NCBI GenBank assembly: GCA_044892505.1
Contig: CM097882.1
Coordinates: 309,286,783-309,320,000, forward strand
Origin: Schmidtea nova
Lineage: Eukaryota
DNA length: 33,218 bases
Direction of reading: 5' to 3'
Part shown: in pieces, positions 21,242-33,067 of the stretch
Numbering within the stretch: the first letter of the stretch is position 1
How the letters are laid out: each line of letters opens with the position of its first letter
Program-made: the position numbers and the translations under genes
The notes under the pieces: model-generated
Told to the model about the DNA's origin: nothing
The model's database searches: none
The model's input: only the letters and a program-made list of their open reading frames with translations

Positions 21242-24202
21242 TTTAGTGCTGATTCTACATATACAAATATATTTATCATGATGATTTTATATTAAAATCA
21301 AGGGCCCTCACAATTCATTTAGTCTCTTATCGACGCAATCTATTAATAATTAAAAGTATACGTTGTTAATCTATTCTAGGGCTGAAGATTCATTGTCTTA
21401 TCCTAAATGTAAGGACGTCTATTTCTGCTCAAAAATCATTTCCATACGTAGTTCTTACGCATCAATTGTTTGGGGTTTTGCATTTAAATTTCGCTGTTCG
21501 GATTCTATAATTTTCGAGTTTATAATTTAATTTATTTATTTTGAATTAATCAACATGAAACAATCCCGCAGTCGATTTATTTTCAGGATTTTCTATTCTC
21601 TGGCGTAATCATTAAATTTGCTTGTCAACTTCTCCGGTAATTACCGGTCATTCATCCATTCTGCAATTATCATTTCTCACCCTTCCGGTAATTAAACTCA
21701 GTTAATCGAACTCCTCAGTCAGGAACTCAACACTCTCAGTTGTACTCTTGCAATACGCCACTACAATTATCGTTGTTGGCCAACTTTGTATTTGATAATT
21801 ATCTCCGCTCATCGGAAATAATTTTCCAAGAACTTACAGTCTCTCTCGTATGCCAATCAACTGGGTAATCAAATTGAATTATGATAACGCACAGGAAGTT
21901 TAAATGATTTTAAGTAAGTGGGGATAATTCTCTCGGACAAACTCAACGCGACAATTTTGAACGGAAATTGGCATGGATGGTGTTACAATAGAATATTTAG
22001 ATGACGTCCTAAAAATTGTGATAATTTATGTGGATACATCGCGTCTTACTGCGAAATCTTAGTTGTAGGTGGATCGTCAATTCACTAGCATAACTTACAA
22101 AGGCTTCTATGAGGCTAGATACAAAAACTCTGGGGATCTGGATATTGATCCCTATTCTCCGACTTGATGATGTCATGTTATTTCAATATTTCGGCCATTC
22201 TCAACGGTTTTCATGACTTTCCTTTTGAATATCGCTATTTTTAAGGGTTTCAGAATATTACTGCCGTTTTCCGACATTCACCTTATAAAAATTATCTACA
22301 CAATAAAAAGGTCTTCACGAGCAACCTATCTCCGCTCCGTGTCAAAACACGAAACAGGGACAGATCACCCCGGAGAGCCGGCAACCAAAGAGATTGATGC
22401 GACTCTCGCATTATCTATGTAATAAAGGTGACAACAACTTTAAATTTTGAAAAAAATTATTGATATACAACAATGAATTACCAAATTGAACTTCTGCAAG
22501 GCAATATTTATCAATTTCAGATAGCTGTCCTCCGAGTGTTGCTGAAACTCTTTTTGAATGAAAATGCGTGAAAGTGATGAATTTAGTAGAAAACTATGAA
22601 AATTTTCGCAGTGTAAACTGATCTTTAAAGTGTATAAAAATGACATTACATTGCTGTCCTGAGCACTTCCTTATATACTATATTCAGCGCTCAGGCAGCC
22701 AATCAAAATAAAGCTGGCTTTCTTATTGGTCAAATGACCCAATTTGTTATATTATTTATTTAATTTTATTATTTTGTTATTTTCTTTTATTTCTTTTATT
22801 AATTTTATTTAATTTCTTTTATTCTTATTATTTTCCAATTTCTGTTTAATTTCACACTTTTATCACTTTTTAATCGATTTTCCATTTCATTTATTTGTTT
22901 TAATTGCATTGTTTTCTTTGCTGATTATTCCCTAATTGTTTCATTATTACTTTAATGTTTTCCTCTGACTCTTGTCATTTTTTAATTAATTGTTTATTTT
23001 TCCTTTTATTTACTTCTGTGCTAACCCAACATGGGTGTATACAAAATAGTGAAATGAATCCAAAAATGGTAAAATAAAATTAGTGTGGGTCCTTAGAAGA
23101 AAAGAATTAAAAAATTAATAAAAAAATTAAGAATTAATTGGTTAATGGGAAACCCGAGTAAATGGGAAACCCGAGTCAATGGAGAACCCGATTAGCGTGG
23201 GAAGCCCGGATGAGCAGTGAGACAGTTAATTATCCTCGAGAAAATTAATTCCAAAGGAAACCCGAGAGGAGCGATTGGCGGAATGGTAATTGGTCATTTT
23301 AATTTTAATAAAGAACATGTCTAATTTGGAGAAACCGCTTTTAAGGTCTTGTTATTTTTACTGTTATTATTATTAATATTGTTAGCGCATGTATTACGGT
23401 GGGCGTCCTTGCGGACACAGGATAAACCCCTTTTTTTATTTATTAAGTTATAACAGGGAAAATAATTATTATAAAAATATTAAAAATTCAAAGCAAAAAG
23501 AAAATCAATAGAAATAAAAATTTACTATAGGAAACAGACGATTTGAAGTTCAAAAAATTTAAAAAAGCTAGGACAAGAAGAAATTTATTTAAAAAAAAGA
23601 AATTTAGAAAACTTAACAATTGAATTGTGATTAAAGAGAAGCGAACTACCGAAATTAAAGAAGATAAAAAATTGAAATTATTATCTTTCAATATCCCGAA
23701 TTTAGATTAACTGAAATTTTAGATCCGACAAATTGAAAACTCCGGAAACTTTAAAAAAGAAAGAAACAACAAAGAAACAACACAGACCTTTGTTTTGACA
23801 TTCTATTATTTTACGTGAGTACCCGTTTTTAGCGTTCGTTGAATTTTATTGTTATATTTTAAATAAACTAATTGGTTAAAAGTGTTGAGGTTCCGAGAAT
23901 CTCAACTTCATGGTTCGTATATAAATAAAAACAAGACTGGTTCTTCGAAATTTTATTTAATTTATAACAATTTACAAATTTGATAAAAAATAAACAATTA
24001 CCTCAAAGATAATAATTTTTAGTTATTTTGTATGTAAGTGTATGTGTATGTAAGTGCTTGTAGTTTCCTTGGCTCGGATGTAAAAATTTTGTATGCTCGA
24101 TTTTAATTTTCAAATCGTTTACCGAATTTGTAATTCTTCTTACTGTGTAAGATTTTAATAGTGGTTTGACTGAAAAATCAGTCTGATTATATATTAAACC
24201 CC

Positions 24203-24230
24203 TGTTGACACTCCACTTAGAGTGTCAACA
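24203..24230. repeat. Perfect 11-6-11 inverted repeat
   Basis: TGTTGACACTC-CACTTA-GAGTGTCAACA. Confidence 0.9.
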
Positions 24231-24739
24231 TACCCTGTTTATTTTATATTTATTTTTCTATTTTTTAATTGCACAAAATGTGCTTTGTCTGTTTTTTCTT
24301 TGGCACTAAGTGCCCTTTATTTACTTTAAAGTTTTTCGAGCCTTTTAGTGCTCGTTCAAATAAAAATAATAATAATAATTCTGAAAAAATATTTTTTTTC
24401 TTTTCAAATACATGTTAATAATTAACCACAATAATTCCAACCGGGCCCGGCGCCACGGGGGGCATTTGGGGGGAATGCCCCCCTGAAAAGGAAAATGCCC
24501 CCCAAACCGAGATGTCTTAAAAAGTTTAGGTGTCTATTTTTCTACTACGATGGCAAACACTGCTGTTTGCAATAAATTTTCTGTTTTCTAAATAGAGTAT
24601 GCATTGATTGCTCACACTTCTCAGGCTACTGCATTCACCACTCAACGCCTCTATTGTAATACAACCTTTCTTATTTATGAATGTACTCTCATAACACTAT
24701 AGCCATTCTCATACACGCGCAGACTTATAATGTCACTTT

Positions 24740-25126
24740 GAACCGAAAGTTGGTGAACTATGCATGTGTAGGTTGAAGTCAGGGGAAACATTGATGGAGG
24801 ACCGTAGCGGTTCTGACGTGCAAATCGATCGTTGGACATCAGTATAGCTGTGAAAGACTAATCGACCCATCTAGTAGCAGTTTCTTTCCGAGGTTTCCCT
24901 CAGAATAGCTGACATTTGTTGTAGTTTAACCTGGTAAAGCGAATGATTAGAAGTATTGGGGACGAAATGTTCTCAACTTATTCTCAAACTTTAAATGGGT
25001 TTGATGTATGTATTTCTTCATTAAAGATGTACTTTGAATACGAATGTTTAGTGGGCAATTTTTGGTAAGCAGAACAGGCGATGTGGGATGAACCAAACAT
25101 CTGGTTAAGGTGCCTAACAAAACGCT
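24740..25126 (+). pseudogene. ~390-bp decayed 28S rRNA fragment
   Basis: Co-linear matches to CCGAAAGATGGTGAACTATGC, CTGACGTGCAAATCG, GAAAGACTAATCGAACCATCTAGTAGC, GGTAAAGCGAATGATTAG, CTCAAACTTTAAATGG and TTTTGGTAAGCAGAAC, with substitutions at conserved sites. Confidence 0.93.
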
Positions 25127-25127
25127 A

Positions 25128-25447
25128 CAGCGCCATCCATTTTCAGAGCTGGTTGATTCGGAGTATTGGTTGATCCTTGGTTGGAGTATTCGAGCCAATC
25201 AGATAAGTGCTTTTGTTTTACTTGCCCGAAATTTGCACATTGTTCTGATGAAAATGTAGACACTTTTACTGTAACTGGATACTCTAATTGGGAAAGTGCT
25301 ACAGGTCAAAAGAATGGCTTAAGTAAACACGAGAGTTCAGAAGTTAATTTAAATGCGATAAAATGTTGGCAAGAAAAGCAGATGAGAGAAAAGCAAGGCA
25401 AAATTAAAGTAAGCATGTTTAAAAATTTTAAAAAGATTAGTAGTTAA
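25128..25447 (+). pseudogene. TTF-type zinc finger, N-terminus of a hAT transposase
   Basis: FQSW...PWLEYSSQSDKCFCFTC..F.......FTVTGYSNW......LSKHESS..H/N. Confidence 0.85.
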
Positions 25448-25696
25448 TAAAAATAAAATTTACATACCCATAACTATTTAAAAATACATGCATATATCAA
25501 TAATCTTAACATTAATTGTTGTATATTAGTCAATTGAGATAATATAATTGTTCATCAAATAAATCAATTAGCATGATTATTTACCGAATTCCTCTAAACA
25601 AATAATTAATGATAAATCCAAGAAAACAACAGAAAACTTTTTAAACAAATATCAAAAACATTTCAAAATCGATTTTCCAAATATATTCAATATTGT

Positions 25697-26338
25697 CTAG
25701 AAAATAACACCAAGAAAAGTATATATTGAGCATTTATAAATCAATCCGAAGTATTTGTTTTGTCTGTTTTCTTCGACTTTTGAATTTAAATTCAATAATT
25801 TCCCAGTGACATGAATGAGAATTGGCTGGAAAAGAAACCGACAACAAACAATCACCACAATTCCCAATAGAAATCGAGCAATGTGCATAGTTAATGTCGC
25901 TTCTGGTAACACAATTTCTTCATAATTCCGAATGATATAATCAATACGAGAACCAAGCATAACCCCGAAGATGCTACCAAGTATCATGTACGTGTTAGTG
26001 CGACCACTTTTCCAAATTGTTGGATCGGGATAAATTAACGCTATGCAAAGAATAATAATGAAAAGAATTATTATTCCACTTATTTTCGTGACAATCATAT
26101 GGTGAAAATCTTCAATCCATGGACATAAAAATGCAACTAGAACTATTGCAACACCAATACCAACAATTACATCCGCTAAACTATGTACGCCTTTATACAA
26201 ACGACTAACTGATTAAAAGACACCAGAGCACCGACAATAAAATTGCCAGATAGATATAATAAGATATTTTTCTATGAACATTCAAAACTAATCCCACAGG
26301 GACAGCAACCACTACCATTGCATGAGTGGACGGCATTC
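25697..26338 (-). pseudogene. SGPP: Sphingosine-1-phosphate phosphatase (PAP2 family) 3' exon with one frameshift
   Basis: GMPSTHAM (C2 motif) and SRLYKGVHSLAD (C3 motif) plus TM helices. 1-nt frameshift near 26210; possible acceptor CTACAG ending at 26339. Confidence 0.8.
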
Positions 26339-26616
26339 CTGTAGTGGTCTGGAAAGCCGATATCGAAGATTCTCTTAAATGATATTAGATTTTCAACAAG
26401 TCATTTTAATGACGATTTAACTCCAAAAACAATCTTAGTAAAAAATAATATAAAATTTTAAACTGTTATTGAAATTTTTAAACTGTTATTGGATTTTAAA
26501 CTGTTATTAATATCCTGGTGTAAAAACATTTTTGTTTGACTATATTGTATAAACATTTTGATTTAAAAATATATAGTTTTGAGAGTTGATTCAAATTGAT
26601 TCAAATTCTTTGAAAT

Positions 26617-27350
26617 ATGAAACGTTATCTTTTTCTTTTTCTAGCATTTGTGTTTATCGAAATATTATTTGGTCAACATTCGAAGTCCACAAATGATTTT
26701 AAAATAACAAAAAGCGATAAATTTCCACATCATATCGATCAAGACTTTTCCATAAATATTTATTATCCAAATTTAGATTATCATCACATTTTTGCAGTTT
26801 ATGTATTGAAAGTGGATCGTAGTTTAACCAACGAAATACAAACACATTATATCTATCCAGGCTTTCTTCCGAAATTAGATCGAAGATTAAAAGAGAATTT
26901 TTTTCATATTATGAATTTTAACGAGTCTAAATTCAATACAGAAATTATCGTAAGGTTCTATAGAGAAGCTGACAATGCATTGTGGAAAATTGATTATTCA
27001 ACAATGGGCGCCGATAATTTGCACATTCAAATACCACCAAACATGCTGAGGATTTATCAGGAGAGAATTTATCTCTATCGGCCACCGATTTTACAATTGA
27101 TTATTCAATCAAACGATGGTCATAAATGGGGGCTCAGCGAGAATATGAAATCCATTATCACTTGCACATCTCAGGACGGGTTGCCACACCCACTAAAATT
27201 CCGTACTCTAATAAATATTGCTACTCAAGTATCACCACTGGAGGTGAAGAAGGGCGATCTATTCGGACGAGATCTTTCATAGCTTGATCGATATACATGA
27301 CAATACTCCAATACAGCATTACTTGACGACCAATTGTATCGTCGTAACTC
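26617..27350 (+). CDS. Secreted/surface protein with divergent cadherin-like motifs (221-aa ORF plus frameshifted tail)
   Basis: Signal peptide; DQDFSIN, KLDRRLKE and LIIQSNDG; shifted frames give GGEEGRS...FI and IDIHDNTP (DxNDNxP-like). Confidence 0.4.
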
Positions 27351-27699
27351 AATGAAAGCATAGTAAAGAACATAATTAGAAATCCTTCATCTCCAAACAT
27401 TGAACCAAGATTAAAAGATAATAAAAATATTTATTTGTTATGACATAATTTGAACTTTTAGTGCATTACAATAGCCATCTTTTTATTTATTTTTTTTGCT
27501 GTCAAACATCGTTATATATTAATATAAAATATTGCGTCAATGTTTAATTTTAAATATATAACTCACAGCCGCATCATATATATTAATCCCATCACGATAT
27601 ATAATTAATAAAATAAATCCAATTAACTTAATTGATATAATTACAGGGATGTAATTACAATTAATGAATAAGGATATAGTCACACAAATAGAATTTTCA

Positions 27700-28045
27700 A
27701 AAGATAAAGTAGATTGAATGAAGAAAAATGTAACACATTTGTCACATAATCAAATTGTCAAGAGATAAAATAGATTATTGTCTGGGTCACATGGTTGAAT
27801 GGATTTGTCGCATAGTAAGATTTTCGAATGATACAATAGACTGCTATCTGAATTCCATCTTTTCATCAGGGGGATCTTGTTGGTTGATGTGTCTATATGT
27901 ATGTTTAGCCTATATCTATTTGTCCCTATGCTATAGTCTTCGTCTAACTCAAATGTATCAACTATTCTCCCTGTCTCTAACAAAGGTTTGTTGTTGATTA
28001 TCAGATTACACTCACCTGCATACCCACGCACGCAGATAAAGAAAT
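27700..28045 (-). pseudogene. Possible second cadherin-like fragment
   Basis: FELDEDYSIGT...DPDNNLFYL resembles a first cadherin repeat; weak. Confidence 0.25.
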
Positions 28046-28274
28046 ACATAGCACGCACCCCAGCTGTCCCAAGACAGTTTCTTTTACCGGTGACCCGGCT
28101 GGCCTTTACAGTTTCTTTAAAACTAATCAACGAGCTACAAAACTTCAACATAAATAAATTTAAACACACATATGAAATAAAACATTATAATATCACAACA
28201 ACAGCCAAACAGCATGATCATATAGTGAAAATTCATAAAAATGAACAGTACGAAAAGGAGAAGAAAATCCTAAA

Positions 28275-28572
28275 TGTTGCTAGAGTGGTCAAAGATAAAA
28301 AAGTGAGTAAATATTTATCAAACGAGAAGACAAGAGTTCAAGAAGTTAGAAGCAAATTTATTCTTCACAGCGCACTAGAAAGAAAGATCTTTTTTGGGAA
28401 ACTTATCCCTGCGCTCAGTTGGAAAAAGCAGTTTCATAAAGGTTATTGTGAAATATTTCTACAGAGACTTGTTGTTGTCAGAAGTTGTATCAAAGATTGT
28501 GTTAATTGAACCAATCTTAAAAACACCAAGTAGTCAGATAAACAGTACCGACTAATTAATAAATGCACAACA
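28275..28572 (+). mobile_element. Gypsy-type 5' LTR (298 bp) followed by a PBS-like TGG
   Basis: TGTTG...CAACA termini, AATAAA near the 3' end, TTT then TGGTAAGCCAGG at 28576, and gag downstream. Confidence 0.7.
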
Positions 28573-28809
28573 TTTTGGTAAGCCAGGCGTGATCAAAGTC
28601 AGTGAAAAGTTACAGAAAATTAATTGAAAAAGTTGGTAAATTGTGAAATTCAAAAAGTGAAATTTGTGAAAATATATCGTACAAAGCAGCAGAGGAAGTG
28701 TAAAAATTTGTTAAATTAAAGAAAGTTGTAATTAAAAATTAAAGCAAAATGTCGATTTTATTATTGTAATACATTTAGACTACTTGTGCCACCAAATCAT
28801 TTTTTAAAT

Positions 28810-29090
28810 TGAAAAGCAGCAAGCAATCAGAAAATGAAATGAATAATCCAAGTGGTTATGACGATGCACATATGTCCACGAACAACATGTGAAATGGCAA
28901 TGACTATGCAAGTTGTCAGAAACTTCTAGCCAATCATTCTGAAGGAGATCCAATGGAATTCGTTGACTTTGTGGCGGATTACTATATGTACGCCACAGCC
29001 TATGGATGAAGTCAATCAATAATATTACAAAGACTTCCATTATAATTTAAAAGGAACAGTCAGAGGAGCATGGCAGCAGATAGATATTAG
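28810..29090 (+). pseudogene. Gag N-terminal remnant
   Basis: EGDPMEFVDFVADYYMYATAYG*...ILQRLPL...KGTVRGAWQQI across a frameshift; truncated. Confidence 0.7.
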
Positions 29091-30448
29091 AAAGATTTTT
29101 AATATTAAAATGCTTTTAATATTAAACTTTTAATATAAAAAAATAAAATTTTGTAATATAAATGTGTTTTTACTTGCTCAATAGTTGTCGAAATTGTGGT
29201 TTCACGAATAATATTATCAAAAGAAGGGTTCCGACGCCCGCGAAAGATTGAAGACCACGGCAATAATTTATATGAATCCTTCAATCAAACAATTTTTCAG
29301 ATAACATCGAAATAAAATTTTATGATAAAATTTTAATTTAATATATATTGAATCACGAACAGACTCTAAGAATCACAGATCAGTTAATTTCTTATTTATG
29401 TAATACACCAGCTGTCAGCAATTATGTCCAAATGAGACACATTTTAAGTGCAGTTTGCAGTAATTTAGTAATTTTTTGCTATATTTTAAATATTTTAATA
29501 TTGTGATAGTACTTTAATTTTTAAATTAAATATAAATATGCATTTTTATAAAAATTTGAGGATATTTCAAATTCTTTTTGTTAAAGGATAATATTTTATA
29601 AATATTTATTTTAGGATAAATTTTATTTAATTGATAATTTATGTCTTTCAATGAGATTCTTCAACGCAAAAAATCGTTATTAAATACCCAAAGATTTCAA
29701 AAAATCATTTTTTAAATTTAAAATTCCCATAATTAACGAATTTGCATTAAATTTATGTCCATGAGTGTATTTTATTATATTATTCTTGTGTTGCATGTTT
29801 TTTTTAAAATAATTTATTTTTCTGCTCTTCTATAGTATAAACCTGTGATTTATGACTGTACACTTAATTTGTATTCTTATCTGCAGGTATTTATTTTTTC
29901 TATAAATAATTTAAATTGTTATTATAAGTAACCTTAACTGTTGTCTATTACGCACTTAATTTATGCTCTATGGCATGGGTATTCAACTAAATATTATGAA
30001 GGGCCAAATTTATCTTATAACGGCAATCGAGGGCCGTATCAATTAAAAAGTTGTTAGTTTTGTAGCGGATTACACTTTAACAAAATATAAACGTGTTTTA
30101 GTGATTGTTATTCTATTACCAAGTATTATAATGTTTACCATATATTTTTATATTATTATGTAATTTTGCAGACGCATTTTAAATTAATAACTTTATTACC
30201 ATTATTTCATTTATTTTTTTAAATTTTAACGCATTTTCCAAGGAATTTGAATGATCGCAGCCGCTTATACACATATTTAATTTATTAAATATTAAATAAA
30301 CCCCGTTTCCTAAAAAAATACCTGAGCGTTTTTATGCATATATCAGTAGGTAGATGTGTGGAGCCGGGAACAAAGACATTATGACTCATGCGTGGGCGGG
30401 AAAAAAAGAACAAAGACCCCCTCCCCCGGGGGGGTAGAATTTTTTTGT

Positions 30449-30526
30449 TGAGTCATCGATGAGTCATACTTTTTTGATGAGTCATCGATGAGTCATACTT
30501 TTTTTTGATGAGTCATCGATGAGTCA
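30449..30526. promoter_or_regulatory. Array of six AP-1-type TGAGTCA sites (~30-bp unit x3)
   Basis: TGAGTCA at 30449, 30460, 30478, 30489, 30509 and 30520; TGACTCA at 30382. Confidence 0.65.
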
Positions 30527-30539
30527 TAAAATTTTTTTC

Positions 30540-30695
30540 AAATTTTTTTTTCGCGCCAAAATTTTTTTTTCAAATTTTTTTTTTCGCGCCAAAAATTTTT
30601 TTTTCAAATTTTTTTTTGCGCCACAAATTTTTTTTTTCAAATTATTTTTTCGCGCCCAAAAATTTTTTTTTCAAATTTTTTTTTCGCGGCAAAAA
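30540..30695. promoter_or_regulatory. 33-bp tandem array carrying E2F-type TTTCGCGC sites
   Basis: TTTCGCGCC at 30549, 30582 and 30648; variants at 30615 and 30682. Confidence 0.6.
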
Positions 30696-30713
30696 TTTTT
30701 TTCAAATTATTTA

Positions 30714-31330
30714 ACACAAATTTTTTAAGACAAATTTTTTTTTTAAGACAAATTTTTTTTAAGACAAATTTTTTAAGACAAATTTTTTTTAACACAAATT
30801 TTTTAAGACAAATTTTTTTTAACACAAATTTTTTAAGACAATATTTTTTTTTTAAGTCAAATTTTTTTCGACAAATAATTTTTAACACCAATTTTTTATT
30901 TAAGAACATTTTTTATAACAGAAAATTAGAGTCATCAAAAATATTTGCAACAGGTGTGCAAACTAAACAAAGACATTGTTGTATGTGTGCATGTTGAATT
31001 AATTATTATTTGTCAAGTATGAAGCTTTTGCACTTCAAAACCATCACAGAAGAGGTTCTGCTTCCAGGGTTCTGATCGCAATGTTCTGCTACTAATGTTG
31101 TTATTTATTCATTTAATTATTATCTTTCAAACTAAACAAAGACTTTGCAACATGCGTGCAAGTTAACAAAGTCTTTCCAACATGCGTGCAAGTTAACAAA
31201 GACATTGCAACACACGTGCAAGGACTTTGCAACACGCGTGCAACATGAACAAAGACATTGCAATACACATGCAAACTAAACAAAGACACATGCAACACTT
31301 TGCAACACATGTGCAACATAAACAAAGACA
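30714..31330. repeat. T-tract repeats (AA(G/C)ACAAATTTTTTT) and AACAAAGACATTGCAACA-type repeats
   Basis: T-tract units span 30714-30895. AACAAAGAC recurs at 30369, 30409, 30966 and 31135-31330, and inverted near 32527. Confidence 0.8.
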
Positions 31331-31345
31331 TTAAAAAGCCAAAAT

Positions 31346-31927
31346 TTATTTATAAATATATCGTTGTGTACGTGTACAAAATTTCGTTTCAAAATTATTT
31401 ACATCTAAATTATTACTTGGAATATTACTCATAGGAATATTATTCATTGTAATATTATTCATCGGAATACTAGTATTTGTCGGAATATTATTCTTTGGAA
31501 TATTTGAAATCTTCTCCAGCCGTATGGATGCCGATAACATCATTATAATTATTAATATAAATAAACTTATATAATGTAATACAATTGCTGTTTTTTCGTT
31601 TTCAACTGTTTGATTTTGGTATCTGACTTCATATTCTTTTTTAACAAAGGTTTGATTGATACATTTTAATCGTTCAACTATTTTCATCATTATTTTGTTA
31701 ATCATTTTTTCAATATCATTATTAATCACATTATTTTTTGAAGGACATTGATTACATTGTAATTTTATTTGATTGCATTCAATGTTTGAGTAAAGACATA
31801 TATCGTTATAACTCGCGCAAGTACTATCTTGTTTTCGAAACGGATGGGATGATTGACAATCTTCCAAAGCTTGCTCTCCTTCAGTATTGTGAATACATAA
31901 TAATAAAATAAGTATATTTAATTTCAT
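31346..31927 (-). CDS. Intronless type I membrane protein with a BCMA/TACI/Grindelwald-like cysteine-rich domain
   Basis: Signal peptide; C-x12-C-x2-(Y)-x3-C...C-x2-C; TM IVLHYISLFILIIIMMLSASI; tail of 5-aa NIP repeats from a 15-bp minisatellite. Confidence 0.55.
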   Translation of the reverse strand: MKLNILILLLCIHNTEGEQALEDCQSSHPFRKQDSTCASYNDICLYSNIECNQIKLQCNQCPSKNNVINNDIEKMINKIMMKIVERLKCINQTFVKKEYEVRYQNQTVENEKTAIVLHYISLFILIIIMMLSASIRLEKISNIPKNNIPTNTSIPMNNITMNNIPMSNIPSNNLDVNNFETKFCTRTQRYIYK

Positions 31928-31991
31928 TTTAAATACAAAAACTAATATAAAAACTAAATTTGTTCATACTAAAATATTTATTAAAAAACAA

Positions 31992-32412
31992 TTATGCGTA
32001 TCTTGCATTGTCAACTCTCCAAATCGGAGTAACAACATCTTTTTTATCAATCTTGTATCCCTGGATAATAATGGTTACGAACCAGTGTTCTTGATCCACG
32101 AAATCAATAGTTTGAAAAGCATCATGGAACCGAGTTTTTCTGTCTGTTATTGATGTACATGGTTTCTTTACATGTCAAATTAACATTTATCTTTGAAAAT
32201 AATCGATTTAATGCGATAATATCTTCTTTGGCAATAATTACAGCAAGACTGTCATATAAAGACTTTGTTAACTTTACCGGAAATGATAATCGATACGGTA
32301 TTTCATTAACCAAAAAATAAAGTCGGCTGTCATAGTACATCTGAACTGGTTTTACCTCAGTCTGATATATTTTTTCTTCGCTTATATCTAGATTTTGTTT
32401 TCGTGATTGCAT
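31992..32412 (-). pseudogene. Unknown ~140-aa intronless ORF with one frameshift near 32135
   Basis: ORF 32122..32412 continues in another frame as HDAFQTIDFVDQEHWFVTIIIQGYKIDKKDVVTPIWRVDNARYA*. Confidence 0.55.
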
Positions 32413-32675
32413 GTTGTAAATTGTGACAATATTTTATAAAATGTCTTTGTATTTATACTGATGACTGGATGTCTTTGTCCAATCATATTCATGCATTTGT
32501 TTTGCACACACTATGCACATGTATTGCAATGTCTTTGTTGTATGTATGCATGCATGTTTTAATTATTTAGTATGAAGCTTTTGCATATCAAAACCATCAC
32601 AGAAGAGGTTCTGCTTCCAGGGTTCTGTTCGCAATGTTATGCTACTAATGTATTTATTTACTTATTTATTTCACA

Positions 32676-32752
<77 letters not shown>

Positions 32753-32945
32753 CTTTCATAAAACACTTTCTTACTAATTATAATTATNNNNNNNNNNNNN
32801 NNNNNNNNNNNNNNNNNNNNNNNNNNNNNNNNNNNNNNNNNNNNNNNNNNNNNNNNNNNNNNNNNNNNNNNNNNNNNNNNNNNNNNNNNNNNNNNNNNNN
32901 NNNNNNNNNNNNNNNNAAAACTATTACTATTATTATTATTATTAT
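32676..32945. repeat. (TAT)n microsatellite flanking an assembly gap (N 32788-32916)
   Basis: Direct reading. Confidence 0.95.
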
Positions 32946-33067
32946 TTAAATAAAAACTAAAATGAAACAAAAATTAATAATAATAAACTTTTATTAATCT
33001 AAAATGACAAAACTAAAATGACATAACTACAAGAAAAAAAAACTAAGTACATTAAACACACATCAAA

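Larger units (their letters stand above)
24441..25447 (+). mobile_element. hAT (Tip100/ZMYM-like) transposon left end with truncated transposase
   Basis: TIR-like CCGGGCCCGGCGCCACGGGGGGCA... followed by a TTF zinc-finger ORF. Confidence 0.7.
30345..32680 (-). mobile_element. Putative terminal region of a Polinton/Maverick-like or other endogenous DNA virus
   Basis: Starts AGTAGGTAG, then a GC-rich CCCCCGGGGGGG block, nested repeat arrays and two intronless - strand ORFs. No hallmark gene in the window. Confidence 0.4.

Noticed and set aside
24740-25126. Functional rRNA gene
   Set aside because: Isolated fragment with substitutions at conserved positions and no flanking rDNA; the same applies to the two short 28S pieces.
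30519-30909. K/F-rich ORFs (also 66..362, 1364..1561, 31113..31331, 32572..32949)
   Set aside because: Translations of tandem repeats, microsatellites or Ns.
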